A stretch of 23,904 nucleotides of DNA from Armatimonadia bacterium (GTDB lineage: Bacteria; Armatimonadota; Zipacnadia; Zipacnadales; UBA11051). The stretch lies in the NCBI GenBank assembly GCA_039683575.1, contig JBDKRC010000298.1, positions 1 to 23,904 of the forward strand, written 5' to 3'. Below the pieces are notes generated by a model, which was not told the origin of the DNA, searched no databases, and worked only from the letters and a program-made list of their open reading frames with translations. Shown piece by piece: positions 1 through 8,101 of the stretch. The stretch's first letter is position 1. Every line of letters begins with the position of its first letter. The position numbers and the translations under genes were made by a program.

Positions 1-1
1 T

Positions 2-379
2 GCGGCTCCACAAGATGAAAGGCGCGGTATCCCAGTCCGTGCCGTCTGGAATGTGGACCGGCTTGCGAATGGGATCGCCCTCCGCAGGGGTGACTACGAA
101 CTCCTGGTGGTGCTGCATGGTCACCACACGGTCCCCGACCTGCCACCCGCTAACCTCCGCACCCACGTCAGCGACAGTCCCTGCCACCGCATAGCCCAGA
201 TCGTGATTCGGCCACTTGTTTGGCGGGTCAATGGGCAGGCGTCGCACGCGGTTGAGCTCTGATCCCGGGCTGATGAGCGACCGCACGGTCTTGATCAGCA
301 AGTCTCCGGGGCCCATCTCCGGCATGGGCACCTCCACAACAGCCACCTTGTCCGGTTCGGGAGAGATGATCTTCTTCAT
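2..379 (-). CDS. Medium-chain (GroES-like, zinc-type) dehydrogenase/reductase, N-terminal part; runs off the left edge
   Basis: Not in the ORF track. Manual translation from ATG 379 gives MKKIISPEPDKVAVVEVPMPEMGPGDLLIKTVRSLISPGSELNR...LGYAVAGTVADVGAEVSGWQVGDRVV, the ADH_N pattern (P.P...GD.LI, G.V..VG..V....VGDRV). SD-like GAGGTG lies 5 nt upstream and no stop occurs before the edge. Confidence 0.85.
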   Translation of the reverse strand, partial: MKKIISPEPDKVAVVEVPMPEMGPGDLLIKTVRSLISPGSELNRVRRLPIDPPNKWPNHDLGYAVAGTVADVGAEVSGWQVGDRVVTMQHHQEFVVTPAEGDPIRKPVHIPDGTDWDTAPFILWSR

Positions 380-392
380 GTGGCACCTCACC

Positions 393-460
393 GTAGGGGC
401 GAACCGTGCTCCGCCCGTCTCTGCTGATAGACACGCGGGCGGACCACGGTCCGCCCCCAC
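393..460. repeat. GTAG-type REP/REPIN-like inverted repeat pair
   Basis: Arm 393-417 GTAGGGGCGAACCGTGCTCCGCCCG matches the reverse complement of 436-460 (GTGGGGGCGGACCGTGGTCCGCCCG) at 22/25 positions. Each arm carries an internal hairpin. Intergenic between divergent genes. Confidence 0.75.
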
Positions 461-555
461 CACCGACCCATTCTCTCCAACCACCATCTCTTCCTTCCGG
501 ACAGGTTTCACCCCCGCCTTCGGAGAAATCTCACAGCGCAAGGAGAGCATCTCTT

Positions 556-1452
556 ATGGACAAGCAAGTCGCGCAGCCCCAAGTGCAGCATAATCCCTGC
601 GAAATGATGCAGTGGTGGCTGCGGCACCCGGAAATGCTGCTCGGACGGCTGATTCTGATGGTTCTCGTACTGGCGCTCGCCATCATTATCTACGCGCTGG
701 TTCGGCGGGTGCTGCGCCGCCTGCAAAGAGACCTTACCTTGCGGGGCGCCGAGGGCCCTGCCGCTCAGCGCCGCCGCGCCGCCCGCAGTCTCACCGTCAT
801 CTCCCTGCTGGGCAGCGTTGCCAAGTGGGTCATCTTCCTCAGCGCCATCATCTGGATCCTGGCCATCGGCGGGATGAACCTGCTGCCGGTGCTTACCGGG
901 GCCGGCATCGCCGGGCTCGCTATCGGTCTGGGGGCGCAGTCGCTCATCCGCGACTTCTTCAGCGGCTTCTTCATGATGCTGGAGGGACAGTTTGCCGTGG
1001 GGGACTATGTCACCATCAACGGGATCTTCGGCACGGTTCAGGAGGTCGGCCTGCGGGTCACGGTCCTGGCCGATCCGACGGAGAAGTTGCACTATCTTCC
1101 CAATGGCGGCATCACGACCGTCGCGGTATGGGATGAGCCCCGGCAGGGGTATGGCCTGCAGTTGGAGCTAATGCGGGCCGGTCAGGTGGACCTCGCGGCG
1201 CAGACACTGGGGCGCGTTCTGGAGGATGTGCGGGCCGATTTCCCGCGGCAACTGCTGGCGTTTGAGACACCGTCGGGGCAGGTGCGCGAGGATGGCACGG
1301 GTTCGGTGCGGGCTTTGTTGCAGGTGTTTCCCGACCAGGGGTGGGTGGCACAGGAGGAACTGCCCGCGCGGCTCTTGGCCCGGCTGAAGCAAATCGGCGT
1401 TGAGGTGGGGGAGGAAGTCAAACCCCGCGTGCATGCGGATCTGACGGCGTAG
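556..1452 (+). CDS. Small-conductance mechanosensitive channel (MscS family)
   Basis: Three hydrophobic segments, then GAGIAGLAIGLGAQSLIRDFFSGFFMMLEGQFAVGDYVTINGIFGTVQEVGLRVT...YLPNG, the MscS TM3/beta-domain signature. Start moved from 406 to ATG 556, which follows AAGGAG at 540-545. Confidence 0.92.
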   Translation: MDKQVAQPQVQHNPCEMMQWWLRHPEMLLGRLILMVLVLALAIIIYALVRRVLRRLQRDLTLRGAEGPAAQRRRAARSLTVISLLGSVAKWVIFLSAIIWILAIGGMNLLPVLTGAGIAGLAIGLGAQSLIRDFFSGFFMMLEGQFAVGDYVTINGIFGTVQEVGLRVTVLADPTEKLHYLPNGGITTVAVWDEPRQGYGLQLELMRAGQVDLAAQTLGRVLEDVRADFPRQLLAFETPSGQVREDGTGSVRALLQVFPDQGWVAQEELPARLLARLKQIGVEVGEEVKPRVHADLTA

Positions 1453-1464
1453 TCGAGGGTGGCC

Positions 1465-1689
1465 TCATCTGTGCCAGGCCGCTGAGCAAGCGGAACACAG
1501 TAGCAGATAGCTCAGCGGGTCGTCAGGGTCATCATCGTTCAGTGTCTGAACCTCCCACGTCGCCCCCTGCTGTTCCCAGTGGAGCATCTTACTGCACCGC
1601 CCATTGTGACCGCAGCATCTCAGATTGCACTCGCACCGGCCACCAGACCGGATGAAGGCCTGGCTGATCACTCGCTCCCTGGCCGCCAT
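1465..1689 (-). CDS. Small Cys-rich HNH-like/zinc-finger protein (74 aa), probably catalytically degenerate
   Basis: ATG 1689 is preceded by GGAGGGAGG. Protein MAARERVISQAFIRSGGRCECNLRCCGHNGRCSKMLHWEQQGATWEVQTLNDDDPDDPLSYLLLCSACSAAWHR has the R..G.CEC...C and LC..C...H layout of small HNH proteins. Confidence 0.65.
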   Translation of the reverse strand: MAARERVISQAFIRSGGRCECNLRCCGHNGRCSKMLHWEQQGATWEVQTLNDDDPDDPLSYLLLCSACSAAWHR

Positions 1690-1755
1690 TGAGACCCTCC
1701 CTCCGGTGCCGGCGCGGGCTCTCGGAGACGGTAAAGTGCGATGGGCTACGTTCAC

Positions 1756-1822
1756 ATTCTCCCCGAAAAATCTCGGCAAGTCAATCGATCTTATTGTATA
1801 TTATAGAGCAAAATTACCTCAA
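1756..1822 (-). promoter_or_regulatory. Putative sigma70-type promoter(s) for the small HNH-like gene
   Basis: AT-rich patch in GC-rich DNA. On the minus strand: TTGACT (1784-1779)-N17-GAGAAT (1761-1756), TTGAGG (1822-1817)-N18-TACAAT (1798-1793), and a TATAAT at 1805-1800. Confidence 0.45.
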
Positions 1823-1834
1823 GTTGTGTACAAG

Positions 1835-4000
1835 TTACCCCAACTCGCTGTGCTTCTGACGCGCCACGATGTACTCCTGGCGTTCCGCAGCCTGCCGCAC
1901 GAAATAGTCGGAATACCCCGCCACCCGCACCACCAGATCGCGATGCTTCGCCGGCTCAAGCCTCGCTGCCTCAAGCTGCTCGGAGGTGACCGCCGATAGC
2001 TGCAGTTGGATGCCGCCAAGGGCGAAGTAGGTGCGGATGAGCTGCACAACCGCCCGCCGCCCCTCTTCGTCCTCCAGCAGCTTCGGCTCAAACTCAAGCA
2101 GTAGCGAGCCGCCGTTGGCCAGCCCGCTCGTGTCAATCTTTGCCGCGGACTTGATCGCGCCGGTTGGACCTCGCATCCCGCGGCCGACCGTTGGGTCCAT
2201 CGAGTGGCTCATCATCTCGCCATGCCGCCGGCCGTCGGCCGAGGCTGCCACCTGGCGTCCGTGATCCACGTGCTGCCAAAAGCTCCACAGCCCCAGGGCA
2301 AACGGGCCGCCGCGCGCGTTGGTATACTGCGCGATCTCCCCTTCCAGTGCTCGTACCATTGCCACTCCGAGGTCATCGGCCGCCGGATCGTCATTGCCCC
2401 ACCGCGGCGCAAGCTGCGCCATACGCTGCCGCAGGTCCTCATGGCCGGCCCAGTCGTTGCGCAGGATGGTCACGAGGTCCGGCAGAGACACTTCGCCATC
2501 CTCGTACACGAACTTGCGAATGGCGCACAGCGCGTCCACGCACGTCCCCAGCCCAAAGGCCTGAAAACCGCTGAGGTTGTAAAGCGCTCCCCCTTCGGTG
2601 AAGTCCAGCCCCTGCTCGGTACATCCCGCGATCAGCGCCGACATCATCGGCCGCGGGTTGAGGCGCGCCTTGATCTCCTCGCCGCGGTTGGCGTCCGCAA
2701 CGCGTTGAGCCACCTGATGCTTCATCTGGGCGATGAAAGCCCGCCACAGGCCGTCGAAACTGCCGACGTTCGCGGCTCCTCCGGTCTCCGGGCCGCTCTT
2801 GCCGCTCTCCATGAGCGGCTTGCCATCGCCCAACGCCAGCTCCAGCCAATCCTGGAAGCAGACATACCCCGGCCAGGAAGCCGACCGGAAGTACCCCTTG
2901 CCGCAGATAGTCGGCTCGTGGCAGCCGATCAGGCCATACTCGCGGGCGTCCTCGAGCGGAATCCCCTTAGTCTGCAGCGCGGGCACCATCTGGTCATCGT
3001 TGTAGAGCTGCGGCATATAGCGCCCGAGGCGCATCGTCTCGAGGATGTACAACACATAGTCATCCGGCGTCTCGCGACAGACGCGGGTCGCCAGCGACGG
3101 GCCGACGTTGCGAAGCTCGCGCGTGACCTGCTGCATGAGCCAAGACAGCTCGTTGACGCCCTCGCCGCTCCCCGCCGTCACCCCTCCCAGCGTCACCGTC
3201 TGCACATGCCCGATGCCGCCGCGGACGTTCTCGTAGAACTTCACCCAAAGGCAGCCAATCAGCTCCCGCGCCCGGTCGTCGTCCAGCCGCCCCGCCTCGC
3301 GGTCGGCGAGATAGAACGGGTAGAGGTACTGGTCCATGCGCCCCAGAGAGAAGGCCACGCTCTCGCATTCGAGGTAGATGGCCAGATGGGTGAGCCACAG
3401 GGCCTGCAAGGCCTCGTGAAAGGTCTCGGCCGGTTGCGCCGGGACCTTGCGGCAGATGCGCGCCAGCTCCCTCAACTCCGCCTTGCGCTCCGGGTCACTC
3501 TCCGTCGCTGCGAGCCCCTCGGCCGCCTCCGCATGGCGTTCGGCCAGACGCAGCGCCGCGCGGCAGGCCACGAGCATGCTCTCGATGACTTCCCGGCCAT
3601 GCTCCCCTTGCACGTGGGAGGGCTCTCCAGAGCCCGACAGCCGCCCCTCAAGCTCCGCAATGATGGCGAGAAAGCCGTCATTCAGAGCACGCGGGTAGTC
3701 GGCGATCATGTACCCCGGCTCCGCCGATCCCGCCTCGATGGCCTCCAGATGCTCCGGATAGCCCTGCACCGTCCGCGCGCCGATGATCAGCTCATCGGGT
3801 GCGATATGCAGGGGCATCTCCTCGACCACGGCCTCCAGCGCCCGCGCGATCTGCAGGCGGCGAGGCTGATCGGCGGTCTCGACAAAGACACGCTTCACAA
3901 TGGCGCCCCGGTCCGCTGCCGGGGGCCACTGCCCGTCCTCGGCACGCTGTACCAGCCGCCGCAGCCGGGCGCTGATTGTCCAGTCCTGGTCTATCTCCAT
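1835..4000 (-). CDS. Glycyl radical enzyme, pyruvate formate-lyase-like family (single-Cys, eliminase-type); substrate unknown
   Basis: C-terminal LVVRVAGYS glycyl motif (RVAGYS 1910-1927), Cys loop YGLIGCHEP (Cys codon 2921-2923), PA.TF.EALQ..W, GRMDQYLYP, WGNDD, ASADGR and NGG.L motifs. GGAGG SD upstream of ATG 4000. Confidence 0.93.
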   Translation of the reverse strand: MEIDQDWTISARLRRLVQRAEDGQWPPAADRGAIVKRVFVETADQPRRLQIARALEAVVEEMPLHIAPDELIIGARTVQGYPEHLEAIEAGSAEPGYMIADYPRALNDGFLAIIAELEGRLSGSGEPSHVQGEHGREVIESMLVACRAALRLAERHAEAAEGLAATESDPERKAELRELARICRKVPAQPAETFHEALQALWLTHLAIYLECESVAFSLGRMDQYLYPFYLADREAGRLDDDRARELIGCLWVKFYENVRGGIGHVQTVTLGGVTAGSGEGVNELSWLMQQVTRELRNVGPSLATRVCRETPDDYVLYILETMRLGRYMPQLYNDDQMVPALQTKGIPLEDAREYGLIGCHEPTICGKGYFRSASWPGYVCFQDWLELALGDGKPLMESGKSGPETGGAANVGSFDGLWRAFIAQMKHQVAQRVADANRGEEIKARLNPRPMMSALIAGCTEQGLDFTEGGALYNLSGFQAFGLGTCVDALCAIRKFVYEDGEVSLPDLVTILRNDWAGHEDLRQRMAQLAPRWGNDDPAADDLGVAMVRALEGEIAQYTNARGGPFALGLWSFWQHVDHGRQVAASADGRRHGEMMSHSMDPTVGRGMRGPTGAIKSAAKIDTSGLANGGSLLLEFEPKLLEDEEGRRAVVQLIRTYFALGGIQLQLSAVTSEQLEAARLEPAKHRDLVVRVAGYSDYFVRQAAERQEYIVARQKHSELG

Positions 4001-4025
4001 GGCCCCAGATTACCTCCACCGATGG

Positions 4026-4070
4026 ACAAATACAAGCGACGCCTGGGACCAGATCGGCCCCAGGCGTCGC
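4026..4070 (-). terminator. Intrinsic terminator after the M6 protease gene
   Basis: Perfect 12-bp stem GCGACGCCTGGG (4036-4047) / CCCAGGCGTCGC (4059-4070), followed on the minus strand by TTGTATTTGT. It begins about 24 nt past the stop at 4094. Confidence 0.6.
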
Positions 4071-4093
4071 GTTCTCTCAGAATCGGGTGATGC

Positions 4094-7000
4094 CTACCGC
4101 CGCAGTTGTAGCGGCGTCAGCGCGGACGTCTGCTGGCCGTCGCTCCCCCTCGCCTCCACCCGCACCAGGTAGGTGCCTGCCGGGACCTTGCTCCCGCTGT
4201 TGCTTCTGCCATTCCACACCAGCGAACTCACGCCCGCGGGCAGGTTCTTCTCCGCCAACTCCGCCACCACGCGTCCGGCGATGTTGCAGATGACCGTCCG
4301 TACCGTAGCTGCGCCGCTCAGGTTCACCGTCACTTGCGCCCCTATCGCCGTCGGCACCGCGGCCACCGTCACGGCTGAGGCCCCGGCCGCTCCCGCCGTC
4401 TGGAAGTTGTACTCCTCAGACCAGCCGAGCACCCGGCCGCCCGTGCAGGTGATGCCACTGGCCAGGCGCACCCGGTACGAGGTGTTCGCAAGCAAGGGCC
4501 TCGTCGGGGTGAAGCGCACCTTCACGTTCGGTGTCACCCACTTCGCCGAGCCGTGGACCAGAGCCCCGCCGCAGTACACCCTCAGCCGCTGGTTGACCGC
4601 TAGCTGGTCCACAGGCCACTTGAAGGTGAGGTAGATGGGACTGCTCACCGCCGCGTTGGTGGCGTCAACGGCCGGGCTGATGCTGCTGACCATTCTGACG
4701 ATCTTGACCTTCTTGTGCGCCTTCCAGGCGCTGTAGTCGGTCCCGTCAAAAGCCCGCGCGCGCACCTGCCAGATATCGCCGAAGTTGACCTTGTCGGCTG
4801 ACAGCACCTTACCCGGGTTGTCTGCCCACTTCGTGAGATACTCGCCAGTGGCGCTCAGCTTGACCCACTGGTACTCATAGCTGATCTCGTCGCTGTCAGC
4901 GTCGGTGCTGTCGTCGGTCGCACCGGTGAGGTCTTCCTTGCCGGGAACCGCCGGGCTGATTGTGACCCAGGTCGGCCGGGTCGGCGCGGCGTTCCCAATC
5001 GTGACCTCCTGCGGCGCCGTCCAGGCACTGTTCAGGTCGCCATCGGTGGCGCAGGCATGGACCATCCATCTCTCGCCCCTGTGCAACGTGGCGCCGGTCA
5101 GGATGCCGTCGGTGCTGTCATAGCCCCAGATGATGGGAACCCGCGAGGCATCCTTAGTCGAACTGGTAAGCGGGGGCACGAGCGCCCACTGGTACTTGTA
5201 GCTGACTGTGTCCCCGTCCGGGTCAGCGCCGCCGCTGACCGCTGTGGCCTGCAACTGGCTGGCGGCCGAGCCCGGGGATGGGGTCGCCACGATCGAGACC
5301 GAGGCCGGCGCTGGCGGCGCAAGGTTGGTCAGCCATTTCAGCACGCTGTGCATGACGGCAGTGCGGTCCGTGGCGTTGTTAATGGCCTCAAACCCGAAGC
5401 CAAAGTAGACGACCCTGTAAGTGCTGGTATCAACCCGCAGCCCGGCGGTACCGCTGCCGTTGATAGCGCGAGTGCTGAAGCCCTGCACGCGGCTGGCCTT
5501 GGCCGCGGGCGACAGCTTCACGGCCTGCCGTCCGCCCGCCCGCTGTGTCACCGGCGGTGCGCCGGTGTAGTAGCTGAAGCAAGCCACCGCGCCATTGATG
5601 GGGTTGATCTCATCGCAGTAGAGCTGGTTGTTGGCGCCGTCGCCTCCGGTGACGGTCAGCGTGCTCCCGGCCCAGGCGTTGCTGACTTGGTCGCTGACAA
5701 CGCCGCGCAGGGTAGTAATCCCGGTGACGTCCTGCACCCATTGGGCATGCAGATAGTTGGAGTAGAACCCGGTGCCATCGGCCGCAATGTCATAGCCTAT
5801 GTCCTGTCCGGTGATGAACAGGCGGCCGCCGGCATTCAGAAAGCTCGTGAGGAGCGACTGATCAGAGGCCGTCAGCGTATCCTCGTAGCCGTCTCCAATG
5901 TACCAGATGACTGCCTTGTTGGCTCCAATGTAGTCAGCCAGCAGCGCCCCGGAAACCGCGCCATCCGTTGCCACGGTCCACTTCGTGTATGCCTTGCCTG
6001 CCGCGGTGATCGCGCTCTCGTAGTACGGGCTATAGAACTGGTTGGGGTCATCGCTAATCAGCAGGATGGTGGGCAGGACCTGGTAGCTGATGGTGTCGGA
6101 CACCGCCGTGCCCTCGCCGTACATGTTACGGGCCTGGGCATAGACCGTCTTGGTGCCAAGTGCCAGGCTCAGCGTCCACGACTTCGTGGGGTTCCACGCT
6201 TCCCAATCTGTCCAGCCGGTGGGCGAATCATTGGCAAAGCGCATCTCGCTCGGCGTCCCACCGCCGGTGGAAGTGAGATTCAGAGTGACTGCGGAACTGC
6301 CCGTGCTGCCTACGCCGCTGTTAATGGCCAGGGATATCTCCGGAGCAGTATTGACGCTGACCGCGATGTCGGCTGTGAGGAACGGGCCAGCCGGCATGAT
6401 ATTGCTCACCGCCACGTTTGTCGCCACGCCGGCATACGAGTTGCTGTTGCGAAGGCCCGTTCCATTGAAGTACGAGGCCGGCGGCGGCCCACCGAATACG
6501 TCTCCCGCATCGCCACGGTTGATCTTGTGCTCCAGATTCCATAGCTCGTCGGCCTGCTCCAGGGCCACTTTGTAGTGAGAGGCGGAGGGCATCCCCGCCC
6601 ACCATTCGCTGTCATTGTTGGACTTCGCCTCGTCAATGTGCCAGACGCACAGCCCCGCTGCCGGCAGGTATGTATCAAAGCCTGTCTTCTGCCGGTTCTC
6701 TACCAGGAAGTACTCGTTACCCATCGCTCCGTTGGTCCAGAGTCTGAGGCAGACAGGCGTGGTCTCGGAGTCGGGGATTGGCATGCCCGTCGCGTTCATG
6801 GTGGGGATGATCGGCATGCTCCAGCCAAGCTGAATCTTGCTCCAGATGTCCAGGTGCGACGGCGTTGCCGCGTGTTCGCCATCGCCGCCCCATGAGCCAG
6901 AAGCCATCAGGCTCCAGTACCCAACCCCGCTCGAGGTGTAGTCCGTATCATACAGGTCCGGCAGGCCCAGAACGTGCCCGAACTCGTGGCAGAAGACGCC

Positions 7001-7882
7001 AATCTCCCCGTCCTCGGGCTCGATGCTATAGACATAGACAAACTTGCCGTCCTTGGCCCGTGGGTTGATGGACCACTTGTGTGACCAGATGTCATTCACG
7101 TCGCCGGTATACTCCGCCCCCGGACCCGCGTGGACCACAAAGAGAGCATCTACATAGCCATCGCCATCGTTGTCGTAGTTGGCGAAGTTCACGTCCGCAT
7201 CGGCGGAATCAACAAGGTCCTCTACGAGTTTCTGGCAGTTGTTGGGGTACGGTGACTCGTCCCCGTAGTGGCCATTCACATAATACGCATACGTCTGCGG
7301 CGCGCGGTACCAGTTCGAGGCGCCTCCGGTGACGGCGCCCCCTACGCTGAAGGAGTTGTGTGACACTTCCTTGTAGTAGTCGTTCATGCTCCCCGTCGGG
7401 TACGTGCCGGTGCTGAAGAGCATGTTCGTGTAGTGAGGCGCGGCTGCCGCTCCGGGGTACACCGTCGGGGTGTTGTCTGAGAAATCAACCAGCAGCACCA
7501 GCGCATTCCAGGTGCCTGCTACGCGCTGCGAGGCCTTTTCGGCCGCGAGGCTACGCATCTGCAGCGGCGAACGTCCCGGCTGGTCAATCCCAGCGCCGCG
7601 CTTGCTCTGCCGCTCGCGCAGTCTCGCCATGGCTTTGTCATCCCGCAGCAAGCGCGGGTGCGGTGATACCAGTTCCTTTTCGCCGTTCATCCGGGGCAGG
7701 CTGGCAGTGGGCATCTCCCCGGTCACATGCCGAAGCGACCCCGTGCGGGTGTCGTACACATCGAGACCGACTTTCGTCACGTCCCCTGCCGTCGCCGGCG
7801 CGGCCTGGGCCATTCCCGCAAACGTCACAATCGAGCACAACACGAGGCAGATCAGGGGTACGGCCCGGGTACAACTACGCAT
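4094..7882 (-). CDS. Secreted M6 family (immune inhibitor A-like) metalloprotease with Ig-like repeats and a C-terminal FlgD-Ig-like domain
   Basis: Signal peptide (MRSC...AQA), LVLLVDFSD, SMNDYYKEVS, YDNDGDGYVD..FVVHAG.G, IWSH, zinc motif CHEFGHVLGLPDLYD, WSLMASGSW and EYFLVENRQ. C-terminal part has two D.DGD.(V/I)SY.YQW modules, an SbsA/Big_5-like domain and NIAGRVV...WNGR...G..VPAGTYLVRV. GGAGG SD. Confidence 0.92.
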   Translation of the reverse strand: MRSCTRAVPLICLVLCSIVTFAGMAQAAPATAGDVTKVGLDVYDTRTGSLRHVTGEMPTASLPRMNGEKELVSPHPRLLRDDKAMARLRERQSKRGAGIDQPGRSPLQMRSLAAEKASQRVAGTWNALVLLVDFSDNTPTVYPGAAAAPHYTNMLFSTGTYPTGSMNDYYKEVSHNSFSVGGAVTGGASNWYRAPQTYAYYVNGHYGDESPYPNNCQKLVEDLVDSADADVNFANYDNDGDGYVDALFVVHAGPGAEYTGDVNDIWSHKWSINPRAKDGKFVYVYSIEPEDGEIGVFCHEFGHVLGLPDLYDTDYTSSGVGYWSLMASGSWGGDGEHAATPSHLDIWSKIQLGWSMPIIPTMNATGMPIPDSETTPVCLRLWTNGAMGNEYFLVENRQKTGFDTYLPAAGLCVWHIDEAKSNNDSEWWAGMPSASHYKVALEQADELWNLEHKINRGDAGDVFGGPPPASYFNGTGLRNSNSYAGVATNVAVSNIMPAGPFLTADIAVSVNTAPEISLAINSGVGSTGSSAVTLNLTSTGGGTPSEMRFANDSPTGWTDWEAWNPTKSWTLSLALGTKTVYAQARNMYGEGTAVSDTISYQVLPTILLISDDPNQFYSPYYESAITAAGKAYTKWTVATDGAVSGALLADYIGANKAVIWYIGDGYEDTLTASDQSLLTSFLNAGGRLFITGQDIGYDIAADGTGFYSNYLHAQWVQDVTGITTLRGVVSDQVSNAWAGSTLTVTGGDGANNQLYCDEINPINGAVACFSYYTGAPPVTQRAGGRQAVKLSPAAKASRVQGFSTRAINGSGTAGLRVDTSTYRVVYFGFGFEAINNATDRTAVMHSVLKWLTNLAPPAPASVSIVATPSPGSAASQLQATAVSGGADPDGDTVSYKYQWALVPPLTSSTKDASRVPIIWGYDSTDGILTGATLHRGERWMVHACATDGDLNSAWTAPQEVTIGNAAPTRPTWVTISPAVPGKEDLTGATDDSTDADSDEISYEYQWVKLSATGEYLTKWADNPGKVLSADKVNFGDIWQVRARAFDGTDYSAWKAHKKVKIVRMVSSISPAVDATNAAVSSPIYLTFKWPVDQLAVNQRLRVYCGGALVHGSAKWVTPNVKVRFTPTRPLLANTSYRVRLASGITCTGGRVLGWSEEYNFQTAGAAGASAVTVAAVPTAIGAQVTVNLSGAATVRTVICNIAGRVVAELAEKNLPAGVSSLVWNGRSNSGSKVPAGTYLVRVEARGSDGQQTSALTPLQLRR

Positions 7883-8032
7883 GACAATCCTCCAGCAGAT
7901 ACAATGGTGCCCGTATCAATACAGGCGGCCTAACAACCCAGGCTTGGCTGATGCTAATGAGGTAACGTACCGTCGGGGTTGGACACACTTACTTCCAACG
8001 ATGGGAGAAACGAGGAAACTCCTACCCAGGCC

Positions 8033-8064
8033 GAGTCCCCGCTACCCTACGGCAGCGGGGACTC
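8033..8064 (-). other. Strong hairpin 3' of the 9979-8102 gene (possible terminator or mRNA stabiliser)
   Basis: Minus strand GAGTCCCCGCTGCC-GTAG-GGTAGCGGGGACTC forms a 14-bp stem with one G-U pair. No U-tract follows. Confidence 0.45.
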
Positions 8065-8101
8065 CTTGGAACCCTCGATCAAGACCATGAGCAACCCGGT
8101 G

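Noticed and set aside
1835-4000. Calling the glycyl radical enzyme pflB, cutC or hypD
   Set aside because: It lacks the PFL Cys-Cys pair, and the diagnostic residues or gene context for CutC or HypD could not be confirmed.
2204-4090. 628-aa plus-strand ORF
   Set aside because: Antisense shadow of the glycyl radical enzyme in GC-rich DNA; no motifs and biased Arg/Ala/His composition.
5057-6544. 495-aa plus-strand ORF, and similarly 15681-16967, 9068-9940, 12224-12994 and 13466-14260
   Set aside because: All overlap well-supported genes on the opposite strand and lack recognisable domains.
8033-8064. IS200/IS605-type end hairpin
   Set aside because: Superficially similar stem, but no tnpA/tnpB remnant or partner end nearby; its position fits a 3' hairpin of the upstream gene.
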